From: Candidatus Magasanikiibacteriota bacterium
GTDB taxonomy: Bacteria; Patescibacteriota; Patescibacteriia; Magasanikbacterales; UBA922
Assembly: GCA_014729395.1 (NCBI GenBank)
Contig: WJJZ01000004.1
Coordinates: 1-61,724 of the forward strand
Reading direction: 5' to 3'
DNA length: 61,724 bases
The notes under the pieces were generated by a model. That model was not told the origin of the DNA and searched no databases. It saw only the letters and a program-made list of their open reading frames with translations. The position numbers were made by a program, and so were the translations under genes. Positions 34,772 through 43,618 of this stretch are shown piece after piece (position 1 is the first letter of the stretch; the number at the start of each line of letters is the position of its first letter).

Positions 34772-35602
34772 ATGGAAAATATCCTCTTACCGTCAAAAAT
34801 TGAATTTACTGAATTGAATAATCCTAATACAGGAGAAGTTGTTATATCACCATGTCACCAAGGTTATGGAACAACGCTCGGTAATGCACTAAGACGAGTT
34901 TTATTGTCTTCATTACCCGGAGCTGCAGTAGAATCAGTAAAAATAAAAGGTGTACAGCATGAATTTTCAGCCATAGAAGGGGTTCAGGAAGACGTAGTTC
35001 AGGTTATTCTAAATTTAAAACAACTTGCTGTAAGATGTTATTCTGATGAACATGTTACTTTATCTTTGTCCAAAAAAGGAAAGGGTGACATTTTGGCCAG
35101 TGATTTTGAAAAAAATGCTGATGTAGAAATAATGAATCCGGATCATAAAATTGCGTCTATTACCGATGATAAACTGAGTTTTGAGATGGAAATAACTATT
35201 GGCAAAGGCCGTGGCTATGTAGCTGTTTCAGAAAAAGAAACGTCCGATATGGGTCTTGGCACTATAGCCATAGATTCTTTATATACGCCAATTAAAGATA
35301 TTGGTTATAATGTAGAAATGACACGTGTAGGTGATGTTACCAACTACGAAAAATTAACATTGTCAATTGAAACGAATGGAACAATTACACCAAAAGAAGC
35401 CGTTGCTCAGGCTACAAAAATTTTAATGGATCATTTTGAGTTGATTTTAAATGAAGCGGAAAATAATGCACCAAAAAAAGAGAGTGAAGAGAAAGATTCG
35501 GCTGATGAGGAATCAACAGATGAAAATGAAGACAATGAAGATATGAAAGAGTCCGGCGACGATGAAGAAAAGGATACTGAAGAAAAAAAAGATGAAAAAT
35601 AA
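34772..35602 (+). CDS. rpoA: RNA polymerase alpha subunit, N-terminal domain only, with acidic tail
   Basis: 'GYGTTLGNALRRVLLSSLPGAAV', 'IDSLYTPI', 'NYEKLTLSIETNGTITPKEA'. Residues 229-276 are D/E/K/S low complexity, and I can find no alpha-CTD. Confidence 0.9.
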   Translation: MENILLPSKIEFTELNNPNTGEVVISPCHQGYGTTLGNALRRVLLSSLPGAAVESVKIKGVQHEFSAIEGVQEDVVQVILNLKQLAVRCYSDEHVTLSLSKKGKGDILASDFEKNADVEIMNPDHKIASITDDKLSFEMEITIGKGRGYVAVSEKETSDMGLGTIAIDSLYTPIKDIGYNVEMTRVGDVTNYEKLTLSIETNGTITPKEAVAQATKILMDHFELILNEAENNAPKKESEEKDSADEESTDENEDNEDMKESGDDEEKDTEEKKDEK

Positions 35603-35605
35603 AAT

Positions 35606-35956
35606 ATGAGACATAATAAAAAGAAACATACACTGGGAAGAGAAAAAGCCCACAGAGAAGCTATGATGAGAAATTTATCGGATAGTTTATTGGTTCATGG
35701 TTCTGTTGTAACCACCTTGGCAAAAGCAAAAGCCTTGCGAACTGTGGTAGAGCCATTAATAACCAAGGCTAAAAAAGGTGATATAAATGCCCGTCGTCTT
35801 ATAATAAAGAAACTTTATACAGACGAAGCGGTAAACAAAATAATGAATGATATCGCTCCAAAATACAAAGACAGAAAAGGTGGCTACACCAGAATAATAA
35901 AACTGGGAAGACGAAGCAATGACAAAGCCGAGATGGCAAAAATTGAATTGGTTTAA
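35606..35956 (+). CDS. rplQ: 50S ribosomal protein L17
   Basis: 'MRH.KK...LGR...HR.AM.RNL...L..H..I.TT..KAK' pattern. Confidence 0.95.
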   Translation: MRHNKKKHTLGREKAHREAMMRNLSDSLLVHGSVVTTLAKAKALRTVVEPLITKAKKGDINARRLIIKKLYTDEAVNKIMNDIAPKYKDRKGGYTRIIKLGRRSNDKAEMAKIELV

Positions 35957-35978
35957 ATTAGGTAGAATTTTGAAAATT

Positions 35979-36341
35979 ATGAAAAAACAAATAAAAAGGC
36001 AAAAACATGAATTAGATGCCACCGACAGAGCTGTCGGAAGGCTTGCTTCAGAAGCGGCAAAATATTTGATGGGTAAAAACAAACCAGACTACAGTCCAAA
36101 TATTGACGGCGGTGATTTTGTTACTATTATCAACGCATCAAAATTAAAATTTACCGGAAAAAAACTCGAACAGAAAGATTATTATCATCACACTTTGTTT
36201 CCGGGAGGATTGAAAAAAACTTCCATGAAAAAAGTTTTTGAAAAAAATCCTGAAGATGTAATTAGACGAGCCGTTAGAAGCATGCTACCAAAAAATAAGT
36301 TGCGTAATGAAATGCTAAAAAGATTAAATATTAAAGCATAA
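35979..36341 (+). CDS. rplM: 50S ribosomal protein L13
   Basis: 'LDATDRAVGRLASEAAKYLMGKNKP.Y.PN.D.GD.V..INA'. I trimmed the start to ATG 35979 because the track ORF overlaps rplQ. Confidence 0.93.
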   Translation: MKKQIKRQKHELDATDRAVGRLASEAAKYLMGKNKPDYSPNIDGGDFVTIINASKLKFTGKKLEQKDYYHHTLFPGGLKKTSMKKVFEKNPEDVIRRAVRSMLPKNKLRNEMLKRLNIKA

Positions 36342-36361
36342 AAAAGATAAAAAGATGTACT

Positions 36362-36760
36362 ATGGAAAGTAAAACCACACATGAAAGATCAGTGGGTAGA
36401 AGAAAAAAAGCTTCTGCTCGAGTTCGTCTTGAAAAAGGAAAAGGTGAAATAATAATTAACAATAAGAAATTACAAGAGTATTTTCCAATTTCATTTTGGA
36501 AAGATAAAGTTTTGGCACCGTTAAAAAAAATTGGTAAAGAAAAAGATTTTGATATTTCCGTGAAAGTGGCGGGCGGTGGTAAAAATGGGCAAGCCGAAGC
36601 GGTTCGACATGGTATTGCGAGAGCTCTGGTAGAATGGAATGAAGAGTTTAGACCGGTTTTAAAAGCTGAGGGCTTTTTAACTCGTGATCCAAGAGCAAAA
36701 GAGAGAAAGAAATACGGACTTCACAAAGCTAGACGTGCTCATCAGTGGAAGAAGAGGTAA
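36362..36760 (+). CDS. rpsI: 30S ribosomal protein S9
   Basis: 'GRRK.A.ARV.L..G.G.I.IN', 'GGG..GQAEAVRHGIARAL', 'RD.R.KERKKYG...ARR..Q..KR'. Confidence 0.96.
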   Translation: MESKTTHERSVGRRKKASARVRLEKGKGEIIINNKKLQEYFPISFWKDKVLAPLKKIGKEKDFDISVKVAGGGKNGQAEAVRHGIARALVEWNEEFRPVLKAEGFLTRDPRAKERKKYGLHKARRAHQWKKR

Positions 36761-36772
36761 ATATTTACTACA

Positions 36773-36795
36773 ATCCCGCTCTTGGCGGGATTTTA
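36773..36795 (+). terminator. terminator after rpsI
   Basis: ATCCCGC / GCGGGAT stem, then TTTT. Confidence 0.7.
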
Positions 36796-36836
36796 AAATT
36801 GAATTTTCTCATATTTTAACGTAAAATAAAAATATT

Positions 36837-38267
36837 ATGTTGAACCCCACGGCAAAAAACACCGCTTTTATGACTATTTCTTCTGTTGGTCAGAAAGTGG
36901 TATCTTTTGTTTATTTTACATTGATTGCCCGGATGATAGGGGCTGAAGGAATGGGAAAATATTTTTTAGCTCTATCTTTTACAACAATTTTTGTCGTTTT
37001 TGTAGATTTGGGTTTTAGTAATGTGTTGGTTAGAGAATCGGCTAAATATAAAGATAAAGCTCAAGAATACTTTTCCAATGTTTTGGCTGTTAAATTTTTT
37101 TTGGGGCTGTTTACTTATATTGCATTGTTAATAACCGTCAATATATTGGAGTATTCGACAGAGGTAAAGAATTTGATTTACCTCTCAGGAGTTACTATGC
37201 TCTTTGACTCGCTTCACTTATCAATTTATAGTATTTTCAGGGCCTTTGGAAAATTAAAATATGAAGCGATTGGCATCGTTGGCAGTCAAATATTAACTTT
37301 GTTAATGGGCAGCTTCTTCTTGTTTTCAGGCTATCCTTTGATTTTTTTGATACTTGCTTTTACTATACCGTCATTTATAAATGTGTGTTTTGCAGCAGTA
37401 TTTTTATATAGAGAATACAAGATAAAACTTTTACCAAAATATAACAAGAAAATTTTTTTATACCTGGGTTCAATTGCAATTCCATTCGGCCTTGCTGCTA
37501 TTTTTTCTCGAGTATATACGTATATTGATTCTGTTATGTTGTCAAAAATGGCAGGTGAGGCGGCAGTCGGTTGGTATAGTATTCCACATAAGATTGTTCA
37601 GGCTTTTTTGTTTATACCCGGAGCCTTAGTAGCGGTAATTTATCCAAGATTTAGCGAATTGTTTATAAAAGATAAAAAAAGACTTGCCTATGTATTTGAA
37701 AGAAGTTTTAAGTATTTGTTGATCATAGCTATGCCGATCGCTGTCGGTATCGTAGTGTTAGCTAAAGATATTATTGTACACATTTTTACAGAAGAATATC
37801 TTAATTCGGTTTTACCTTTGCAAATTTTAATAGTTGGATTGATTTTTTCATTTACCGCACTTTTGATCGGTTCTTTTTTGAATGCGTGTAATCGCCAAGT
37901 GGCTCAAACCACTATAGCCGCTTTGGTTATGGTAGTAAATATTGTATTAAATTTAATATTAATTCCAATTTATGGCATAGTTGGCGCTGCCATCTCTGCA
38001 CTGGTAGGTAATATTTTATTGGTAAAAATCGGCTATTTATTGATTCCAAAAATTACCCGCTTATCTCATACATATATATTAAAAAATATCATAAAATTAG
38101 GCAGTTCCAGCATTGCTATGGGGTTAATTGTTTGGATAGTTAATATGCATTATAATTTCATCTCGGCAATCGTTGTTGGAATTTTGGTTTATCCCATAAT
38201 GCTTGTTTTAACAAATGCTATAAATAAATCTCAAATAAAGGAAGCATTTGAGATGATAAAAAAATAA
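36837..38267 (+). CDS. Wzx/MOP-superfamily oligosaccharide flippase
   Basis: 476 aa with ~12-14 TM helices. The N-terminus 'KNTAFMTISSVGQKVVSFVYFTLIAR.IGAEGMG.Y' is typical of polysaccharide-biosynthesis flippases. Confidence 0.75.
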   Translation: MLNPTAKNTAFMTISSVGQKVVSFVYFTLIARMIGAEGMGKYFLALSFTTIFVVFVDLGFSNVLVRESAKYKDKAQEYFSNVLAVKFFLGLFTYIALLITVNILEYSTEVKNLIYLSGVTMLFDSLHLSIYSIFRAFGKLKYEAIGIVGSQILTLLMGSFFLFSGYPLIFLILAFTIPSFINVCFAAVFLYREYKIKLLPKYNKKIFLYLGSIAIPFGLAAIFSRVYTYIDSVMLSKMAGEAAVGWYSIPHKIVQAFLFIPGALVAVIYPRFSELFIKDKKRLAYVFERSFKYLLIIAMPIAVGIVVLAKDIIVHIFTEEYLNSVLPLQILIVGLIFSFTALLIGSFLNACNRQVAQTTIAALVMVVNIVLNLILIPIYGIVGAAISALVGNILLVKIGYLLIPKITRLSHTYILKNIIKLGSSSIAMGLIVWIVNMHYNFISAIVVGILVYPIMLVLTNAINKSQIKEAFEMIKK

Positions 38268-38268
38268 T

Positions 38269-39414
38269 ATGAAAAAGGCTCTTATCATAACAATGGAATA
38301 CCCTCCGCAAATTGGAGGTATTGCCACTTATACGCATGATATGGCCGATGTTATGGACAAAAATAACACTATCGTTTTAGCTCCGATCTGGCATGATAAA
38401 ATAGAGCAAAAGAAATTTGATGGAAGAGTTAAATATAAAACCATAAGAGCCAATTTTTTATATAAAAATATAATATGGCCAAGATGGTTAAAGCTTTTTT
38501 TTAAAGTCAGAAAGATTGTAAGAGAGGAAAATATAGAAGTATTGCTAATCCATCATGCATTACCGGTTGGCTATATCGGCGTTTTAATAAAAATTTTATC
38601 AGGTGTACCTTTTTTATTATTTTCTCATGGAACGGATTTAACAAGCGGGATAAGTTCAAGATGGAAAAAAATGATGATGAATTTTGTTTGCAAAGGGTCA
38701 CAAAAAATTTTTTTTAACAGTAATTCATTAATGAGAAGATTTCAAGAAAATTTTTCAGGTTTTGATGATAAATCCGTTGTATTATATCCATGTCCCGAAA
38801 GAGATTTTTTGGAAGCCCCTGATCGCGAAGTTATTGAAGAATTAAGAAGAAATTATGCCTTGATCGGCAAACAGGTTATTTTATCGGTTGGCAGATTTGA
38901 TGAAGGTAAAGGTTTTTTGCATTTATTGAGAATAATGCCAAAATTAGTGGAAAGATTTCCAAATTTGGTGTGGATCTTGGTTGGTGATGGACCGAAAAAA
39001 GATCAAATAATTAAAAATATTCAGAGTTTGGGTCTGCAAAATAATATCAGGTATATCGGACAAGTGGAGCACGATGAACTAAAGAAATATTATTATTTGG
39101 CTGATCTATTTGTTCTATTAACCCATCCGAACAAAGGCAGGGAAGAAGGCTTGGGATTGGTTTTTTTGGAGGCATCTGCAGCAGCTTTGCCGGTTGTAGC
39201 CGGTAGGAGCGGAGGAACGAAAGAGTCTGTATTGGATGGTAAAACCGGTTTTGTTGTTAATACAGATGCGGAAAAAGAAGTTTTTGATACTGTTGTTACA
39301 CTGCTTCGCAATCCTTCTTTTGCGGAAAAAATAGGTTATAACGGCAAAAAAAGAATCATATCGGAATTCAATTGGCAGGAACAAATTAAGAAATTGGAAC
39401 CATACTTAAAGTAA
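38269..39414 (+). CDS. GT4-family (GT-B) glycosyltransferase
   Basis: 'EGLGLVFLEASAAALPVVAGRSGGTKESVLDGKTGF' is the E-x7-E region of GT4. Confidence 0.85.
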   Translation: MKKALIITMEYPPQIGGIATYTHDMADVMDKNNTIVLAPIWHDKIEQKKFDGRVKYKTIRANFLYKNIIWPRWLKLFFKVRKIVREENIEVLLIHHALPVGYIGVLIKILSGVPFLLFSHGTDLTSGISSRWKKMMMNFVCKGSQKIFFNSNSLMRRFQENFSGFDDKSVVLYPCPERDFLEAPDREVIEELRRNYALIGKQVILSVGRFDEGKGFLHLLRIMPKLVERFPNLVWILVGDGPKKDQIIKNIQSLGLQNNIRYIGQVEHDELKKYYYLADLFVLLTHPNKGREEGLGLVFLEASAAALPVVAGRSGGTKESVLDGKTGFVVNTDAEKEVFDTVVTLLRNPSFAEKIGYNGKKRIISEFNWQEQIKKLEPYLK

Positions 39415-39422
39415 TATAAAGT

Positions 39423-40145
39423 ATGAAATCACTAATCAGCGTAATAATACCTGTATACAATCAAGCGACAGCTCTAGAAAAATGCCTTGAATCAATCAGA
39501 GGGCAGTCATATTCCAATATTGAAACTATAGTTATTGATGATGGAAGTACGGACACTCTCCGATCTCAAATTACCAGTCTTCAATCTAAATTTTCCTTTC
39601 AATATTATAGTCAATCCAACAAAGGTGCACCGGCTGCACGCAACAAAGGTTTTGAATTGTCCGGTGGTGAATATGTTATATTTTGGGATGCTGATATCGT
39701 AGGAAAAAGCGATATGCTGGCAAAAATGCTACAGTCTCTGAAAGATAATCCCGAGGCAAGTTACTCCTATTCCAATTTCTATTTTAGTAATGGCAAAAAA
39801 ATGAAATGCGGTAAATTCAGCGAAGATAAATTAAAAAGACAAAATTATATTACCACAACCAGCTTGATAAAGAGATGTGATTTTCCGGGATTTGATGAAA
39901 GTTTAAAAAGATTTCAAGATTGGGATCTCTGGTTTACAATGATGGAACAGAATAAGTTTGGCATTTGGATAGATGAATATTTATTCAGAATTATTTCCAA
40001 GGGCTCTATCAGTACGTGGCTTCCCAAATTTGCCTATAAAGGTTTTTTTAAAAAATTACCTTTTATAAAACCCAGAGTTGAAAATTATGAAAAAGCAAGA
40101 AAAAAAATATATAAAAAACATGGCTTGATTGATACGAACGCTTGA
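39423..40145 (+). CDS. GT2-family (GT-A) glycosyltransferase
   Basis: 'ISVIIPVYNQ...L..CL.SI..QSY.NIE.IVIDDGSTD' and 'FWDAD'. Confidence 0.88.
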   Translation: MKSLISVIIPVYNQATALEKCLESIRGQSYSNIETIVIDDGSTDTLRSQITSLQSKFSFQYYSQSNKGAPAARNKGFELSGGEYVIFWDADIVGKSDMLAKMLQSLKDNPEASYSYSNFYFSNGKKMKCGKFSEDKLKRQNYITTTSLIKRCDFPGFDESLKRFQDWDLWFTMMEQNKFGIWIDEYLFRIISKGSISTWLPKFAYKGFFKKLPFIKPRVENYEKARKKIYKKHGLIDTNA

Positions 40146-40170
40146 CAAGCTAAAATCATTATGATATTTT
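40142..40170 (+). promoter_or_regulatory. promoter candidate for the small zinc-ribbon ORF
   Basis: TTGACA, 17-nt spacer, TATTTT. It overlaps the GT2 stop codon. Confidence 0.4.
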
Positions 40171-40209
40171 AATTTGTTCATTAATGAAGGAAACATAAGG
40201 GAGGTATAA

Positions 40210-40428
40210 GTGAAAGAAAAGAAATCTTTTGTAAAGTTTGAGGCTGAATGCGAAAAGGGGCACAAGTCCGATATCGTGTCCATACAGTCTCCATTTGAAA
40301 TTATAAAATACACTCGCTGTCCATTTTGTATGAGAGAGTTTGTAAGTGTTTTTAGAAAAAATGAAGATGGTGGATTTGGTGGGGGAGCCATCAATAAAAA
40401 ATTTGTCAAGAAAACGGTACAGAATTAG
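40210..40428 (+). CDS. small Cys/His protein (possible zinc ribbon), GTG start
   Basis: 72 aa; 'CEKGH...CPFC'. AAGGGAGG lies 5 nt before GTG 40210. The 3' end overlaps the convergent gene by 4 nt. Confidence 0.5.
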   Translation: MKEKKSFVKFEAECEKGHKSDIVSIQSPFEIIKYTRCPFCMREFVSVFRKNEDGGFGGGAINKKFVKKTVQN

Positions 40429-41930
40429 GTCTGCATATTGGTAGACCTTTTTTTTATTCTATTGAATATTCTATACAGAGTTGTCACAAGTTTTTCAAAA
40501 ATATTTGCGGGTTTGAGAGCAAGAGATAATATTAATACAATAAAAATAATTCCAAAGGTGTGAAATAGAGCCGGTGTAGTTATGTTTATTACGAGCATAG
40601 CGATAATTGCAGCCAAAGAACCGACATAAAAATCATGCCAATCACTTACAAATTTAATTTTATTTATTATTCTTGTTGTGGAAAAAATGTAGATTGCTAA
40701 TAAAATTATTGACCCAATGACACCTAGTTCGGCTAGCATTTCCAAGTAACCCCAGTCATATTGGCCGGTGGTTGTGTAATCGTTGCTGTTAGGGTTTAGA
40801 TATGTAAAGCTTGAGCCAAGTCCATTTCCCAGCATTGGGTTTTCACTAATTTGTTCCAATATACTTGGTAATATTATCATGCGAGTGGCCGAGCTCGTTT
40901 CTATTTTAGGACTGGCAAGGCTGGCCAATCTTACGCCAAATAATTCCCAGCCCAATGTTTTTCCGTTACTGGAAACTATTGAAAAACTTGTAAAAATTAA
41001 AACCACGAGACCAATGGTTGTACACGAAACAATAAACCACCTTGAAGCAATATGTTTGTATTTTAAAATTAACAATCCGACAAAAAGTGCCAGTAAAAAA
41101 GACCTTGATAAATTTAATACCAAAATAATAATAGATAAAAATAGTAAAATCCTCCACATTTTGTGATGGTGTTCATCACGCATTAAAAGGGATGAAATGA
41201 TCAATATTATTGGAGCAATCAATAAATGTTCGGGAAGGACAATCCTGAAAAAACCATTACCCATGTTTGTAATTTTGCCGTTTGCCGCATCTCTGAACCA
41301 TTTGTAAAAAGGTTCTTGCAACTCAACCATTCCGCTGGAAAACATGATAAAAGTAAAAATCGAAAAAAGCGCTGATCCGATAATAAATACAATTATCAAT
41401 CTTATGAAATATTCATAATTGTTTTTTTTGTTTAACAAGTGATAAGTTGGAAATACTAATGGCAGGTAAAGATATGGAATCAAATCTTGAATAATATGTT
41501 TATAATTATTTCCATTAATTATACCGTTTATACTGGCAAACATTAAAAATAAATAGAGAATAATTAAAATTATCGTAAAATATTTGTTAATTAAAAAACG
41601 CTTTCTGAACTCACGCTTCCAAATTATATGATTTGTCCACAAAAATAAAAAAATACTAATTAAAAGTGTCCTTATGGAGAGGCCTGCAAATTCCAAATAG
41701 TTACCCGAACCTCCTAAAAAAATTTCTCCAATTAAGATAAAAAAAGCCCAATCAGGGTTTTTAAAATATACAATCCCAAAAAACATTAGTAAGCTAAAAA
41801 CCAGAATTCCTTGTATAATCAAATGATTGTGAAAAGAAAACGAAACAAATCTTATTGTAAAAAAAACCAGTAGTAAAAATAAGGTTTGCCAGTTTAGAAA
41901 GATGGATTTAGTTGTGAGACGGTTAAGCAT
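40425..41930 (-). CDS. O-antigen ligase/polymerase (Wzy_C-like) membrane protein
   Basis: 501 aa, polytopic. 'LNLSRSFLLALFVGLLIL' is followed by a large loop, as expected for the family. Confidence 0.75.
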   Translation of the reverse strand: MLNRLTTKSIFLNWQTLFLLLVFFTIRFVSFSFHNHLIIQGILVFSLLMFFGIVYFKNPDWAFFILIGEIFLGGSGNYLEFAGLSIRTLLISIFLFLWTNHIIWKREFRKRFLINKYFTIILIILYLFLMFASINGIINGNNYKHIIQDLIPYLYLPLVFPTYHLLNKKNNYEYFIRLIIVFIIGSALFSIFTFIMFSSGMVELQEPFYKWFRDAANGKITNMGNGFFRIVLPEHLLIAPIILIISSLLMRDEHHHKMWRILLFLSIIILVLNLSRSFLLALFVGLLILKYKHIASRWFIVSCTTIGLVVLIFTSFSIVSSNGKTLGWELFGVRLASLASPKIETSSATRMIILPSILEQISENPMLGNGLGSSFTYLNPNSNDYTTTGQYDWGYLEMLAELGVIGSIILLAIYIFSTTRIINKIKFVSDWHDFYVGSLAAIIAMLVINITTPALFHTFGIIFIVLILSLALKPANIFEKLVTTLYRIFNRIKKRSTNMQT

Positions 41931-41944
41931 GAATTTTAAATTTA

Positions 41945-42020
41945 AAATTTTGAATTTCGAATCAATTTTAAATTTATTAATTAAAAAATTAACAATTCAA
42001 TCAAAATTTAAAATTCGAAA
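41945..42020. repeat. AT-rich inverted-repeat element, copy 1 (shares both arms with 58043-58177)
   Basis: AAATTTTGAATTT (41945-41957) and AATTCAATCAAAATT (41994-42008) recur identically at 58056-58068 and 58142-58156. Confidence 0.7.
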
Positions 42021-42023
42021 TTA

Positions 42024-42950
42024 TTAATTTAAAATGTTGCTGGCAATTTTTTGATAACCACGCAAAAATCCTTCGACATCCATAGCTTTTTTACCTTCAA
42101 GTTGAAGTTTTAGCACCTCAATTGCGTTTTTCGCACATCCTATATACATTTTACCATTTTCTAGCACCACCTTGCCAGCTTCTATTTGTAGATCAACCGG
42201 TTTGATTTTTATCAACTTCAATCGCTTATTCTTCCAGCTTGTCCAAATACCGGGCCAAGGATTTAGACCACGGTATCGGTTATAAATATCAGTAGCCGAT
42301 TTTGTCCAGTCAATTTTGCCATCATCTCTGGTAAACTGGCCGCAAGTGGAGGCTTGTAAATTATCTTGTGGAATGGGCTCTAATTCACCGCTTATATACT
42401 TTGGGATAGCCTCCAGCAAAGCTATTTTGCCGATCTCAGCCAGTTTTTTGTCTAAATCAATATAAGTGTCATGTTCACCTATTTTGATTGGTTTTTGTAG
42501 GATTATCGGTCCGGTATCAAGCCCCTCATCCATTTTCATAATAGTAACTCCGGTTTCAGTTTCGCCATTTATCAAAGCTGATTGGATAGGGGAGGCGCCA
42601 CGGTATTTTGGTAGTAGTGAAGTGTGGACGTTTAAAAATCCGTGAGGTGAATCATCTAATAGTTTTTTCGGAATAATTATTCCATATTGAGCTACTATAG
42701 CGATGTGGTAGTCAGATATTGGTAGCTGGTAAATTCTTAATGATGCGGGTTGAATTATTGGGAGATCGTATTTTTCAGCCAAAATTTTTACAGGAGATTT
42801 TTTTAGTTCTTTTTTGCGTCCTACGGGTTTGTCCGGCTGGGTGATTACCAGCTCAACTGTAATAAAAGGACTGCTGATAAGTCCTTCGAGTATAGTGGCA
42901 GCGAATTCATGCGTGCCGAAGAAAATAGCCCTAATTTTTCTATCATTCAT
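42024..42950 (-). CDS. fmt: methionyl-tRNA formyltransferase
   Basis: 'IFFGT.EFA...L..L', 'HGFLNVHTSLLPKYRGASPIQ.A...G...TGVTIM.M...LDTG'. I trimmed the start to ATG 42950 because the track ORF extends through the heptamer array. Confidence 0.93.
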   Translation of the reverse strand: MNDRKIRAIFFGTHEFAATILEGLISSPFITVELVITQPDKPVGRKKELKKSPVKILAEKYDLPIIQPASLRIYQLPISDYHIAIVAQYGIIIPKKLLDDSPHGFLNVHTSLLPKYRGASPIQSALINGETETGVTIMKMDEGLDTGPIILQKPIKIGEHDTYIDLDKKLAEIGKIALLEAIPKYISGELEPIPQDNLQASTCGQFTRDDGKIDWTKSATDIYNRYRGLNPWPGIWTSWKNKRLKLIKIKPVDLQIEAGKVVLENGKMYIGCAKNAIEVLKLQLEGKKAMDVEGFLRGYQKIASNILN

Positions 42951-42952
42951 AA

Positions 42953-43026
42953 AGTAGATGATAAGTGATAAGTGATAAGTGATAGCTTTTCTTAGTAAAA
43001 CTATCACTTATCATCTATCATTTATT
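42953..43026. repeat. inverted heptamer array (GATAAGT x4 vs ACTTATC/ATCTATC) between def and fmt
   Basis: GATAAGT GATAAGT GATAAGT GATAGCT (42960-42987), 18-nt loop, then ACTTATC ATCTATC ATTTATT (43006-43026). Confidence 0.85.
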
Positions 43027-43082
43027 ATTTAAAATATCTCCAAAATCAATTTTTTTATCTCGTCTCCTGGGTCAGACACTTA

Positions 43083-43562
43083 TCACTCAATCTCATATAC
43101 ATCTCTCGCTTTATCAATAAACAACACACCATCAAGATGGTCAACTTCATGTTGAATAACTCTGGCAAAAAGTTTTTCAGCTTCAAACTCAATTTTCTCT
43201 CCTTTTTCGTTAGTCGCAGTTACTTGTATTTTGTTATAACGCTTTACTTTTCCAAATGTTTTGGGAATAGATAGACAGCCTTCCAAATCTACAATTTTTT
43301 TTCTGCTTAATTTATTCCATCTTGGATTGATTAAAACAAGATCTTTTTTATCGGGATTTGCATCTTTTCCAATTATTACTATTCTAATATTTTTCCCTAT
43401 CTGAGGAGCAGCTAAACCAACACCATCATCATTATGCATTGTTTCTATCATGTTTTTGATCAAATTTTGAGTATCCTCTTTCAATATAAAATTACGATCC
43501 ACTTCATCAGATCGTTTTCTTAAAATTTCGTTTGGATGAGTTATCACTACTAGTTTAGTCAT
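43083..43562 (-). CDS. def: peptide deformylase
   Basis: 'GVGLAAPQIG', 'EGCLSIP', 'QHEVDHLDG'. Confidence 0.96.
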   Translation of the reverse strand: MTKLVVITHPNEILRKRSDEVDRNFILKEDTQNLIKNMIETMHNDDGVGLAAPQIGKNIRIVIIGKDANPDKKDLVLINPRWNKLSRKKIVDLEGCLSIPKTFGKVKRYNKIQVTATNEKGEKIEFEAEKLFARVIQHEVDHLDGVLFIDKARDVYEIE

Positions 43563-43618
43563 GATTATGTATTTTTATATTATAATTTTTGCCATATCAC
43601 CGTTTTTTTACGATTAAA

